From a virus (taxonomy: Duplodnaviria > Caudoviricetes): a DNA stretch of 51,487 bases. Below, in pieces: positions 36,475 through 45,778 of this stretch. A model generated the notes under the pieces. The model was not told where the DNA came from. It searched no databases and was given only the letters and a program-made list of their open reading frames with translations. Where the stretch lies: the IMG/VR virus record IMGVR_UViG_3300027896_000059, positions 1 through 51,487 of that record; one strand, given 5' to 3'. The number at the start of each line of letters is the position of its first letter. Within the stretch, counting starts at the first letter, position 1. Both the position numbers and the translations under genes were made by a program.

Positions 36475-36666
36475 ATGACAACCGAAACACCAACCTACAT
36501 TGCAACCACCCCAGATACCGCCGCCGCCGAGAAAACAAACAGCTTCCTTGGCTTATACTTCCCGACCGATCTCAAAAACAAAGTGAAAGATGCCGCCGCC
36601 GCCGAGCGTCGATCCATGTCTCAGTATATGGTGATGGTGGTCGAGAAGCACTTTTCCAAAGCATGA
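36475..36666 (+). CDS. Ribbon-helix-helix (Arc-like) regulator
   Basis: FLGLYFPTDLKNKVKDAAAAERRSMSQYMV. Confidence 0.75.
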   Translation: MTTETPTYIATTPDTAAAEKTNSFLGLYFPTDLKNKVKDAAAAERRSMSQYMVMVVEKHFSKA

Positions 36667-36745
36667 GTCCACGAATGATCGTCGCAGGAGTTTTGATATT
36701 CTTGCTTATCCTGATAGCTGTATTAACACTTCCGCCTCAACCAGT

Positions 36746-36895
36746 ATGAAACCAAAAGGACTATACGCAAACATCCACGCAAAGCAGGAGCGCATTGCCA
36801 AGGGATCAGGCGAGAAGATGCGTAAAGTAGGTAGCAAAGGTGCGCCAACCGCCGCCGCTTTCCGTAAATCAGCAAAGACTGCCAAAAAGAAATAA
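36746..36895 (+). CDS. Small basic conserved phage protein (49 aa, not in ORF track)
   Basis: MKPKGLYANIHAKQERIAKGSGEKMRKVGSKGAPTAAAFRKSAKTAKKK; familiar aquatic-phage family. Confidence 0.8.
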   Translation: MKPKGLYANIHAKQERIAKGSGEKMRKVGSKGAPTAAAFRKSAKTAKKK

Positions 36896-36897
36896 CT

Positions 36898-37158
36898 ATG
36901 ACCGAAGCATGGACAAGAAAAGAAGGTAAGAATCCAAAGGGTGGCCTTAACGCCAAGGGTCGAGCATCATACAACAAGGCGCACGGAGGACATCTAAAGC
37001 CCCCTGCTCCGAATCCCAAGACCAAAGCAGAAGCAGGACGCAAATCCTCATTTTGCGCCAGGATGAAAGGAATGAAGTCAAAACTAACAAGCGCAAAGAC
37101 CGCAAAAGATCCAAATTCTCGCATCAACAAGTCTCTACGAGCTTGGAAATGCAAGTAA
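36898..37158 (+). CDS. Basic conserved phage protein (DUF6321-like)
   Basis: AWTRKEGKNPKGGLNAKGRASYN...FCARMKGMK...SRINKSLRAWKC. Confidence 0.8.
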   Translation: MTEAWTRKEGKNPKGGLNAKGRASYNKAHGGHLKPPAPNPKTKAEAGRKSSFCARMKGMKSKLTSAKTAKDPNSRINKSLRAWKCK

Positions 37159-37181
37159 CCAAAACAACAAACAACAACACC

Positions 37182-37355
37182 ATGTCAAACCTACAACAGC
37201 TAAACAGCCTAGCCCAAGACATCGCTCAGAGTCTTGGAACCATTGATCTTGATCTTCTCCAGAAGGTGCATGATCTCGTGACGGGAACCACCGCTTGCAC
37301 CAGCACTTGCACCAGCGAAACCGCCGCCGCTGAAACCGAAACAGCAGTTTCCTAA
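37182..37355 (+). CDS. Hypothetical protein
   Basis: Start MSNLQQL after a CAA-rich leader. Confidence 0.55.
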   Translation: MSNLQQLNSLAQDIAQSLGTIDLDLLQKVHDLVTGTTACTSTCTSETAAAETETAVS

Positions 37356-37438
37356 TGCTAAAAGAGATAAAGGATTTGATCCGTACAAAGCTACAGACCA
37401 AACCCCAACTAAACCACACCCTAATCGAAACCACAAAA

Positions 37439-37555
37439 ATGAAAAAGACCACCGCAAAAAAAGTGATGTCTGAGGCCAAGGGAAAACCCATGACCAAGGG
37501 CAAGAAAATGGATTCCAAGAGCATGCCTAAGAAGGGCATGAAGAAGGGATACTAA
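37439..37555 (+). CDS. Lys/Met-rich small basic peptide
   Basis: MKKTTAKKVMSEAKGKPMTKGKKMDSKSMPKKGMKKGY. Confidence 0.6.
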   Translation: MKKTTAKKVMSEAKGKPMTKGKKMDSKSMPKKGMKKGY

Positions 37556-37562
37556 AACAAAT

Positions 37563-37602
37563 GTGGCTAGGGAGCCATAAACAAACTCCCTAGCCACTTT
37601 TT
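37563..37602 (+). terminator. Intrinsic terminator
   Basis: GTGGCTAGGGAG / CTCCCTAGCCAC perfect 12-bp stem followed by TTTTT. Confidence 0.85.
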
Positions 37603-37629
37603 AGTCACAGCAACCACGCAAGCAACCAC

Positions 37630-38292
37630 ATGAACAATACTGAAATCACACCCGATAGTCAACTGAACGCCTCATTTGTTAAAGCACTTGGGGAATTAAG
37701 GAATGTAGCAAAGAATGCAGTAAATCCGCACTTCCGTAACAGATACGCATCACTAGATGCCATTCTGGACGATGTTCGTCCTATTCTTGCCAACAATGGA
37801 CTTGGTATCTCTCAGGAGCCTATCTTTGAAGATGGAAAGGCTGGAGTAGTTACAAGGATTATCCACAAGTCAGGAGAGACAAGGGAAAGCAAGTTGATTT
37901 TACCTCTTAAGGATCAATCAGCACAAGGCGTAGGATCAGCTTTGACGTATGCAAAAAGGTACGCAATCAGTTCTGTGCTGATGATCGCCGCTGACGAAGA
38001 CGAGGATGGTGAGATTGCTTCTAAGCCAGCAGTAAAGATTGAAAAGCCAGTAGTTAAGAAGCAGGAACCTCAGAAAGCACCAGATCAAGAGGCTAAAGCA
38101 TCTCCAATAGATTCTCTAGCTTCTATGATGTGGGATGAAGAAGTATCAGATGCTCATGTCATTGAGTTTCTTATTGCCAATAAGGTTCCAGATGTAACAA
38201 GGAAGACTCTTATCACCGAGCTTCCAGATAAGGTAGTAGAACGCCTTGTCTCAGCATGGGATAAAGTTAAGGCATTCAAGCCAGCACTCTAA
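37630..38292 (+). CDS. ERF-family single-strand annealing protein
   Basis: KNAVNPHF..RYASLD.IL and QGVGSALTYAKRYA...DEDG. Confidence 0.9.
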   Translation: MNNTEITPDSQLNASFVKALGELRNVAKNAVNPHFRNRYASLDAILDDVRPILANNGLGISQEPIFEDGKAGVVTRIIHKSGETRESKLILPLKDQSAQGVGSALTYAKRYAISSVLMIAADEDEDGEIASKPAVKIEKPVVKKQEPQKAPDQEAKASPIDSLASMMWDEEVSDAHVIEFLIANKVPDVTRKTLITELPDKVVERLVSAWDKVKAFKPAL

Positions 38293-38463
38293 TATGAAAA
38301 AAGATTCTATGACACACAACCTTCTTTGCGAAAAAGAAAGGCTTATTGAAATTGTTATTGATGCAATCAATGACAATATTCAGCAGGAAGATTTGATTGC
38401 TCTTGCAAACATGACTTCAAGCATGAATCAACAATGGGAAAATTATAAAAACGGAATGTTCAA

Positions 38464-39534
38464 ATGAGCGACGAAAGAGACGGGAAACCTTCAGCAAGCG
38501 GTTTTAGCCGTCTTGCCTTATGTCCTGGTAGCTGGAACCTAGAGTCCACGCTACCAGATCAGGAGCCTAATCAATATATGACGCTAGGAACAGATGTTCA
38601 CTCTGTCCTAGCAGATCAAAAACCTTTTGAGGAACTATCCGAGGAGGGTCAAGAGATCGCCACACGATGCTTATCCGATTACTCTGATATGATCAGACAA
38701 CTTGATCTTGGAGAAAGGAATAAGGAAATCGTTGAGCAAAGATTCTGGTATGACGATTTGTTTTCTGGAGCTATTGATCGTATTGATTTTTTTGGAGATA
38801 CAGCAGTAGTAACAGACTACAAAACAGGACGCTCATCTCAGGGTAAGGCCGCAGAGAACCAACAGCTAAAGGCTTATGCCGTTCTTGTAAAAAACGCATT
38901 CCCAGAACTCAAGACCATCCTTGTAGCAATGATCCAACCGCTTGCAGGAGGCACTACCATTGCCGAATACAATGAAGGAGAGCTTGCCGCCGCTAAAGAC
39001 GAGATCCTTGACATCGTAAATGCTTCACTAAAGCAGGATGCTCCTAGAATTCCTTCGCCTAACGCTTGTAAGTGGTGTCGCGCTAAAGGTGTATGTCCAG
39101 ACGCTTATGGCAACTCTCAGGCCGCCGTCACAACGCTACAGGTAGCCTCTAGCGTATCAGTATCAACTCTTTCCAATGAGGAACTTGCATCCTTAGATGC
39201 TAAGTCTCTTGTAGTAGAGGATTTTATTGAGGAGATCCGAAAAGAACTCAAGTTACGTCTAATCTCAGGAGCGCAAATTGCTGGATATTCACTATCAAAA
39301 GGACGTACAACTAGGAATGTATCAGATAACGCCGCCGCTATATCTGCTCTTTCTAGCGTTCTGTCACAAGATGCTATCCTTGATTGTGCAAAGATTAGCG
39401 TATCATCACTTGAGAAAGCATACGGAAAAGCAAAGGGAGTTAAGGGAAAGGATGCGAAGGCCGCACTTGATGATCTACTTGGATGGATCATCGAAACCAA
39501 GGAATCAGAACCATCTATCCAACGTGACAGATAA
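38464..39534 (+). CDS. PD-(D/E)XK Cas4-like exonuclease (DUF2800-like)
   Basis: CPGS, GTDVH, SGAID...DYKTG, QL.AYA, CKWCRAK.VCP. Confidence 0.85.
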   Translation: MSDERDGKPSASGFSRLALCPGSWNLESTLPDQEPNQYMTLGTDVHSVLADQKPFEELSEEGQEIATRCLSDYSDMIRQLDLGERNKEIVEQRFWYDDLFSGAIDRIDFFGDTAVVTDYKTGRSSQGKAAENQQLKAYAVLVKNAFPELKTILVAMIQPLAGGTTIAEYNEGELAAAKDEILDIVNASLKQDAPRIPSPNACKWCRAKGVCPDAYGNSQAAVTTLQVASSVSVSTLSNEELASLDAKSLVVEDFIEEIRKELKLRLISGAQIAGYSLSKGRTTRNVSDNAAAISALSSVLSQDAILDCAKISVSSLEKAYGKAKGVKGKDAKAALDDLLGWIIETKESEPSIQRDR

Positions 39535-39756
39535 TGAATACCCAGAAGATGCAAGAGCGTTATGGATTCAATTCAAAGGCCGTGAGTTTATTGTCATGTA
39601 TCACCCTGGTAAGTATTTTGCTTATCCCGTTGACAATGGCACGATCACGCAAAAAGAACTACAGAACCTTTTCCGTTATTTAGTACGAGAAGGATTCATT
39701 AACGAAGACGATAAACACACACCATACCAACCGCAGTAAACCAACAAAAACCAAAA

Positions 39757-40101
39757 ATGAGCATCACACTAAACATTGATTGCAGTAAAATCGACAAGGC
39801 GTATCTGAAGCAAGGAAAGTACCTTGATATGAGACTCATGCCATACAAACAGGGAAAGAACGAAAAGAATCAAGATGGAATGGTAGTACAAACTATTCCA
39901 AAAGCTTTGAAAGCAGAGCTTGGCCTAGAAGATAAGGCAAAAGGCCCGATCATTGGAAACTATACCGATTGGGATGCAGAAGTCAGCCAGAATAGTCAGG
40001 CTGGATGGGGAGAAAAGATTAAGCCAGCAAAGGCATTCCAAAACAGGGAAAAACCAGCACAGAAGCAAGAAGAGGATTACGATTCAGAAATACCATTTTA
40101 A
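39757..40101 (+). CDS. Putative ssDNA-binding protein
   Basis: LNID.SKIDK...GKYL...PIIGN and acidic C-terminal tail YDSEIPF. Confidence 0.65.
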   Translation: MSITLNIDCSKIDKAYLKQGKYLDMRLMPYKQGKNEKNQDGMVVQTIPKALKAELGLEDKAKGPIIGNYTDWDAEVSQNSQAGWGEKIKPAKAFQNREKPAQKQEEDYDSEIPF

Positions 40102-40136
40102 TTGACTATAATACCTTTTTGGTTTTAGATATAGAG

Positions 40137-40601
40137 ATGAAAGAATGCTTCAAATGCAAACGCCATCTTCCACTTGATGAATACTACAAGCATACACAAA
40201 TGGGAGATGGGCATCTCAACAAATGCAAAGACTGCACAAAATCTGACTCTGAAAAACGACGAAAGATTAAAGAACAAGATCCAAAATGGGTTTTGTCTGA
40301 AAGAAAACGTCATAGAGAAAAATCAGAAAGATTTCGCATTGAAGGACGTGTATCTAAATCAAAACAAACAACAAAAAATGAATGGATCAAAAGAAATCCA
40401 AATAAACGTAAAGCTCATGGAATTGTCCAAATGGCTTTGCGATCTGGAAAACTTCACAGACATCCATGTTGTATTTGCGGATCAAAAGCCCAAGCACACC
40501 ATGAAGATTATACCAAACCTCTAGAAGTTATTTGGTTTTGTCCAAAACACCACGGAGAACATCACGCAAATAAAAGAGATTCAGAGATAGTAAAAAACTA
40601 A
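40137..40601 (+). CDS. HNH-type endonuclease with N-terminal zinc finger
   Basis: CFKC...CKDC and CCICG...AHHEDY.KPL.V.WFC.KHH. Confidence 0.8.
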   Translation: MKECFKCKRHLPLDEYYKHTQMGDGHLNKCKDCTKSDSEKRRKIKEQDPKWVLSERKRHREKSERFRIEGRVSKSKQTTKNEWIKRNPNKRKAHGIVQMALRSGKLHRHPCCICGSKAQAHHEDYTKPLEVIWFCPKHHGEHHANKRDSEIVKN

Positions 40602-40623
40602 TAACAGCAACCACAGCAACCAC

Positions 40624-40881
40624 ATGAAACCAGTAAATCAAATTCTAGCATATTGCTCCTGCCAAGAGATTAAAGACTCTAAGGGCAACGAGTATAGCCG
40701 CATTCCAGAATGGCATAATTGCGATTACATCCGTAAACGTAATAGACTAATTAAAGAAGCTGAAGCATTTGCAGAAGAAAATGCAAAAGATGCAAATGGA
40801 AAGGTAGATGGATATAAGTTTTCTTATATTTTCTCTAGCCATATGGATAAACTTGCTTACGAAAAGGGACTTGTACGATGA
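40624..40881 (+). CDS. Hypothetical protein
   Basis: Tandem AGCAACCAC leader; coupled to the next gene. Confidence 0.6.
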   Translation: MKPVNQILAYCSCQEIKDSKGNEYSRIPEWHNCDYIRKRNRLIKEAEAFAEENAKDANGKVDGYKFSYIFSSHMDKLAYEKGLVR

Positions 40882-41099
40882 AATACCCACAAGAAGCATA
40901 CGATTACTTAGATTCTGATCATATACGATTGCTGATGGATGGAAATAGAGTTCCATCTCTTGAAGATCGTGTACTAGAAGCTTTTGTTGCTGGAATGAAA
41001 TCAGTAAAACGCTCTTATTCTAACTTAGATATTATATCTAAGAAATCACATAACATACACGATACAGGAACAATCAACTTCCCTAAATGGAATGAATAA
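40878..41099 (+). CDS. Hypothetical protein
   Basis: ATGA coupling. Confidence 0.55.
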   Translation: MKYPQEAYDYLDSDHIRLLMDGNRVPSLEDRVLEAFVAGMKSVKRSYSNLDIISKKSHNIHDTGTINFPKWNE

Positions 41100-41403
41100 C
41101 GATCTAGGAGATTTGTTTCAATGGGTAGCTAAAAAAGTTACCGATGTTCGCTCTACTTCAAAAGAAGCATATTCTGAATTGAAGGAATCAGGAACTTTAG
41201 GAAAACAAGAGAAAGCAATCCTTTCTGTTATGAAACAAGAATGGGATTACTCTCTTCAAGAGATAAGCCATCTTACGGGAATAGCGATTAATGCTGTATC
41301 TGGAAGGGTAAATGGCCTTAAAAAGAAGGGATGGATTGTAGAGTGTGAGAAACGTCAATGTTCTTTCACAGGTAAAAAAATAACCCCTGTAATGAAGCTA
41401 TGA
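41092..41403 (+). CDS. Winged HTH protein
   Basis: TSKEAY...SLQEISHLTGIAINAVSGRVNGLKKKGWI. Confidence 0.75.
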   Translation: MNNDLGDLFQWVAKKVTDVRSTSKEAYSELKESGTLGKQEKAILSVMKQEWDYSLQEISHLTGIAINAVSGRVNGLKKKGWIVECEKRQCSFTGKKITPVMKL

Positions 41404-41741
41404 GAACATTCAAAGCAAAAGGAAATACAACCAGGAGAGTTGCTGGTTCAATGAACAAAACCGAGGAAGCATTCTCCAAGGTCTTAGAAGCAAGGAAATT
41501 AGCTGGAGAGATCCATCATTGGAGCTTTGAGGCTATGGCTTTGCGTCTAGCTGATCGTACTACCTACACGCCAGACTTCTTTGTAATCGAAAAGGATGGC
41601 CTAGTATCATTCTGGGAAGTCAAAGGTTTCTGGCATCAAGCAGGACGCATCAAGATCAAAGTCGCGGCTGAGAATCACCCTTGGTTTTCATTCACAGCAG
41701 TTCAATACAAGAAAAAGCAATGGTCATATGAACAATTCTGA
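41400..41741 (+). CDS. PD-(D/E)XK endonuclease (DUF1064-like)
   Basis: MNKTE..F...YTPDFFV...EVKG. Confidence 0.8.
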   Translation: MRTFKAKGNTTRRVAGSMNKTEEAFSKVLEARKLAGEIHHWSFEAMALRLADRTTYTPDFFVIEKDGLVSFWEVKGFWHQAGRIKIKVAAENHPWFSFTAVQYKKKQWSYEQF

Positions 41742-42114
41742 AATTTGCCCATGTTGCGGAAGAGCATTCAAAGCAACCAAATCAAAAGTTACCGATCAGG
41801 AATGGCAGGAATCTCTCAAGGATCTTTATCCTTGGGTGGACATTGCTACAGAAATGAAGCGTATAGATGCTTGGCTATCTATCAATCCTCGCCGTCAAAA
41901 GACTAAGAGGTTCATTATCAACTGGCTGAACAAGGTTGAAAAGCCTTTGGAGCCTGTAAAGCCCAAACCAAAGCTCATTACACCTACACGAAAAGTTGAC
42001 CATGATCATTACACATCGTGGAAATCTCAAGAGGGATACCCTCCCTGCATCCTAACAACGCAATTCAGAGAAGACCCAACCTACATCCAACAAGCATACC
42101 TAAAAACATTATGA
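41728..42114 (+). CDS. Protein resembling the C-terminal domain of phage replication initiators
   Basis: LYPWVDI..E......WL..NP.R.KT.RFIINWLNK. Confidence 0.5.
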   Translation: MNNSEICPCCGRAFKATKSKVTDQEWQESLKDLYPWVDIATEMKRIDAWLSINPRRQKTKRFIINWLNKVEKPLEPVKPKPKLITPTRKVDHDHYTSWKSQEGYPPCILTTQFREDPTYIQQAYLKTL

Positions 42115-42252
42115 ACGACATGAATGAAGAAGACATCATTGAACTCCTAAAGAAGCGTATAGCATACCTAGAATCTGTTCTGTCCGAGATCCAGACGCTA
42201 AACGCTATGGGGAAAACCCTAAAGATTAGTGAAGCAATCCAAGCCGCAATAG

Positions 42253-42462
42253 ATGAGTGAGGAAATAATTAAATTCGTAGAAGCATTTTTGGTGGAAAAC
42301 TCAAAACCAGAGATGACTATGCAACAGAAGCTAGACCTATCCAATGATCAGCGTGATCGTGCAGTAGCTATAGCTGATGCAATGATGGCATGGGAAACTC
42401 CAGCAGATGCGAGAAAGACCAGCAAAGACTTGTCTCAACTAAAAAAGGAAATCAACCAATGA
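42253..42462 (+). CDS. Hypothetical protein
   Basis: Packed ORF chain. Confidence 0.5.
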   Translation: MSEEIIKFVEAFLVENSKPEMTMQQKLDLSNDQRDRAVAIADAMMAWETPADARKTSKDLSQLKKEINQ

Positions 42463-42641
42463 CAGACATCAGTAAATGCCAGAACACAGAATGCCACTCG
42501 CATATGCAATGCTGGAGGTATCTAGCACCAGGTTCAGAATACCAAGCCTATTCTGACTTCAAGCCAGAAGAAGGAAAAGACAAGTGCGAGTACTTTGAAG
42601 AAGTGCATTGGCATTACAGCGACAAAGGATTCAAAAAATGA
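42459..42641 (+). CDS. Small Cys-containing phage protein (DISKC...C....CWRY family)
   Basis: ATGA coupling; recognisable motif. Confidence 0.65.
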   Translation: MTDISKCQNTECHSHMQCWRYLAPGSEYQAYSDFKPEEGKDKCEYFEEVHWHYSDKGFKK

Positions 42642-42928
42642 GAAGCCCAATAGATAAAATACTTAATGAGCTAGGCATGGAAACTCCAGACCTTGCTCCA
42701 ATCAATAAACAAGAAGCACTAGAAATGGGCCTGATCAAAGGACAAGACAAACCAAAGAAATGCTCTTGTGGGAAATCAGCGTACTCTTCTGAATCAAAAT
42801 GTGATGCCGCTATCAAGCACAGGCTGAAACAGGGATTTGGAGGGACGGGTTTCCTTCGTGCCTACGAATGTGATGTTGAGCGAGGAAACTGGCATATGAG
42901 CAGCGTGAACCACAAAAACAAACTATGA
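42638..42928 (+). CDS. Small zinc-binding protein
   Basis: CSCGK..Y...LRAYEC.....WHMSS. Confidence 0.6.
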   Translation: MRSPIDKILNELGMETPDLAPINKQEALEMGLIKGQDKPKKCSCGKSAYSSESKCDAAIKHRLKQGFGGTGFLRAYECDVERGNWHMSSVNHKNKL

Positions 42929-43140
42929 ACCAATTACAGTCACTACTATTTGCGGCATCTCTACATACTGCATCAATGCAACCAATTATCCCACAGACAT
43001 ACTATGTGGCAAATCTCAGCGAGACAGACGGAGCCAAGTGCGGAGAGTACATAAGCTTGACTCCCATGAATCAGCCTATCATGCCTCAGTACCGCATAAC
43101 GCCATTAGTTATAGTGCCAGAGGATAAAGAGGGAGAATAA
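42925..43140 (+). CDS. Hypothetical protein
   Basis: ATGA coupling; ends 1 nt before the MTase start. Confidence 0.5.
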   Translation: MNQLQSLLFAASLHTASMQPIIPQTYYVANLSETDGAKCGEYISLTPMNQPIMPQYRITPLVIVPEDKEGE

Positions 43141-43141
43141 G

Positions 43142-44080
43142 ATGGATATACAAGACCTCAAAATACTTGTTGGCGATTGCAGGGAAACCCTAAAGCAGTT
43201 GCCAGATCAATGCATACAGACTTGTATTACATCCCCTCCCTACTTTGGGTTGAGAGACTATGGAAATGAAAGACAGATAGGATTGGAGCAAACTCCACAA
43301 GATTTTGTTGACCAGCTTGTATCCGTATTCCGAGAAGTGAAGCGTGTTCTTAAAGACGATGGTACTCTTTGGCTTAATCTTGGTGATACCTATTCATCCT
43401 ATAAAGATGGAAAAGCAACTCCCGATACGACAAGAGGAGATGATACAGGAACTCTTGTTGATAAGGGATTAGCTAAAAACAGAATGGCATCTACTTTTGA
43501 TGGTACAGGAATAAAAAACAAAGACCTTATTGGAATCCCTTGGATGGTAGCATTTGCTCTACGAGCAGATGGATGGTATTTGCGTCAGGACATTATTTGG
43601 CACAAGCCAAACCCTATGCCTGAGAGCGTAGAGGATCGTTGCACCAAATCACATGAATACATTTTTCTAATGAGCAAGTCATCCAAGTATTACTTTAATA
43701 ACGAATCTATAAAAGAAAGAGCTGTAAGCGAAAATAAACCAAGGCAATTTGGAGCAACACAGCAAGATGGAACATTCCGAAATGATGTTGGAAATATATT
43801 TAAAGATGACGGAACAAGAAACAAAAGAGATGTATGGTCAGTAAATGTTCAACCATACAAAGGATCTCACTTTGCTACATTCCCAGAAGATTTAATCAAA
43901 CCTTGTATTTTCGCAGGAAGCAAGGCAGGTGACATTGTTCTTGATCCATTCGGAGGTTCTGGAACAACTGGAAAGGTTGCTATAGATTATGGTCGCAGAG
44001 CTATCCTTTGCGAACTTAATCCAGATTATGTTAAGATAATCAATCAGAGAACAAATGTTACTAAGGGATTTCAGTTTTAA
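43142..44080 (+). CDS. DNA methyltransferase (N4-C/N6-A, beta class)
   Basis: TSPPY motif IV before DPFGGSGTT motif I; HFATFP. Confidence 0.92.
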   Translation: MDIQDLKILVGDCRETLKQLPDQCIQTCITSPPYFGLRDYGNERQIGLEQTPQDFVDQLVSVFREVKRVLKDDGTLWLNLGDTYSSYKDGKATPDTTRGDDTGTLVDKGLAKNRMASTFDGTGIKNKDLIGIPWMVAFALRADGWYLRQDIIWHKPNPMPESVEDRCTKSHEYIFLMSKSSKYYFNNESIKERAVSENKPRQFGATQQDGTFRNDVGNIFKDDGTRNKRDVWSVNVQPYKGSHFATFPEDLIKPCIFAGSKAGDIVLDPFGGSGTTGKVAIDYGRRAILCELNPDYVKIINQRTNVTKGFQF

Positions 44081-45600
44081 CGCTTCTTTGCTGGCTTCTT
44101 GAAGCGTCCTTCGTAGTTAAGAAACTCCAACTCCTCCAAGGGAATCTTGCGCTCTTGCAACCATTCCCTTGCGAGCTTGGCATTTCTCAGATTGCTAGGG
44201 TCATTATTGAGATTGCTAGGATTCTCCCATGCAGAAGGATGACGCTCATGGTAAATCAAAGAATCTATTTCACGACCTCCAGCTATCTTGAATAATTCAC
44301 GCATTATTTTGTCCCAAGAATGCCTTCCAAGAACCATATCTGGAAATAAAGAATGATTTCTCCTCCACCATCCAACCCTGAAGGAAAAGAGATCACATCC
44401 CTGATACTTCTTTCCAAGTGCTATCTGATCATCTCTAATAGGTCGATCTAGCTTCTTAAAGTCATACCGATATGCATACGCTGGAAATGAACCCGTAAGT
44501 CTTTCTAACAAGTTGGAAGCGACACAGGTATCAGTATTAGTAAGAACTATCAAATCTGTATCCTTTCTTCCAATGCAAGCCATTCTGATCATGTCTTTGA
44601 TCATGGGAATGTTCTTAGTCTCATTAGGAATCACATTCCCTGAGTGACGAACAAAGCAGGAATCATCTAGGCCGCAATCAACCCATCCAATCTTATCCCA
44701 AGTCTGCTTGGCTACTTCATTCCTACGTTTCTCTTCTCCAGTTGACCAAGGAGTTCTCTGATAAACATGGATGATGTTTGGATACTTTGGCTTGGCAGGA
44801 GGGTTACGGATCAGATCCAAGATGCGAGTAACATCTCTTGGGAAGTTCTTATATCGTGTATAAGAAGCGTAGGATGGCCTCCATGCGGCTCCATACCACA
44901 TACTTGGTGAATCTGCCACTAAAGCATGAACAGGCTTTTTAGAGGCATATGATAGGTGCAGAGGCCCGCTATCAGTCAATATCATGGCGGCTGTATTGGG
45001 ATGATCCATGATGCCAAGCAGGTCATACATCCGTTCTGCTTTTATCTTTGCTAGATCAACTATGTGAAACTCTGGCAATGAATGATTAAGAATCTCCCAA
45101 AGTAAATCCCTGTATGGAAAAGGAGATGATACACCTCCTGTACTGACTACAAGCCAAGGCTTTAGTGTAGGGATATACTTGTATAGCTTTTTCTCCCTTT
45201 TCTTATCCCTTCGATCAAACAACAAGGGTGGCTGACTAGGCCAAAGCTCTAACTTTTCTGCCAGCTTCCAAGCATCTTTCTGGAAGCTATCGCATACAAT
45301 CTTGGGAATATGCGAGTTTCCATAAACTTGGCTAACGATTACATCGGAGATGCCAACCACCTGAGAGGTCTTGACATCATCTGCGAATTGTTTCGCAAAT
45401 TGTATTGCTCCAGCGACATCCTCAAACGCTCCATCCCATACAAGAGGATCAACATAGCTAACACCATCAAGAATGTCCGCATACTCTTTAGCAACTACAA
45501 GCCGTGGTTTGACACCAGTTTCTTTGTACTCATTTAGGAGAACGGGAAGAAATGCTATGATGTCTCCATAGCGTCCAGCATTAACGTGAACACTAGCCAT
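44077..45600 (-). CDS. Two-domain glycosyltransferase (GT9-like N-terminal, GT-A-like C-terminal)
   Basis: GRYGDII...P and LTDSGPLHLS (GT9/heptosyltransferase-like); VLTNTD, MVLGR..WD, YHERH (GT-A-like). Confidence 0.7.
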   Translation of the reverse strand: MASVHVNAGRYGDIIAFLPVLLNEYKETGVKPRLVVAKEYADILDGVSYVDPLVWDGAFEDVAGAIQFAKQFADDVKTSQVVGISDVIVSQVYGNSHIPKIVCDSFQKDAWKLAEKLELWPSQPPLLFDRRDKKREKKLYKYIPTLKPWLVVSTGGVSSPFPYRDLLWEILNHSLPEFHIVDLAKIKAERMYDLLGIMDHPNTAAMILTDSGPLHLSYASKKPVHALVADSPSMWYGAAWRPSYASYTRYKNFPRDVTRILDLIRNPPAKPKYPNIIHVYQRTPWSTGEEKRRNEVAKQTWDKIGWVDCGLDDSCFVRHSGNVIPNETKNIPMIKDMIRMACIGRKDTDLIVLTNTDTCVASNLLERLTGSFPAYAYRYDFKKLDRPIRDDQIALGKKYQGCDLFSFRVGWWRRNHSLFPDMVLGRHSWDKIMRELFKIAGGREIDSLIYHERHPSAWENPSNLNNDPSNLRNAKLAREWLQERKIPLEELEFLNYEGRFKKPAKKR

Positions 45601-45778
45601 TGGCTTTCACGAACTCAGCATGAAAGACTTTAGCTAAACCAGCGGCATGAGTAGCGAGAACCTTAACACGATCAACTCCACCCTTTGCACCAAGCGTCTC
45701 TGGAGATAGCTCGCCGCTTGCCGCAAGCCCCGAAAGGATTGCAAGCCAAGCATCGTTAGGACTGATTTTCTTCTCCAT
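45593..45778 (-). CDS. Hypothetical protein (61 aa)
   Basis: Start MEKKISPND avoids a 203-nt overlap with the upstream gene. Confidence 0.5.
   Translation of the reverse strand: MEKKISPNDAWLAILSGLAASGELSPETLGAKGGVDRVKVLATHAAGLAKVFHAEFVKANG

Noticed and set aside
35836-37330. Repeated ACCGCCGCCGC as an operator or Chi-like motif
   Set aside because: Nearly all copies are in-frame Ala runs and are explained by GCWGC avoidance.
38464-39534. CRISPR-Cas system (Cas4-like gene)
   Set aside because: No repeat-spacer array or other cas genes; adjacency to ERF indicates a recombination exonuclease.
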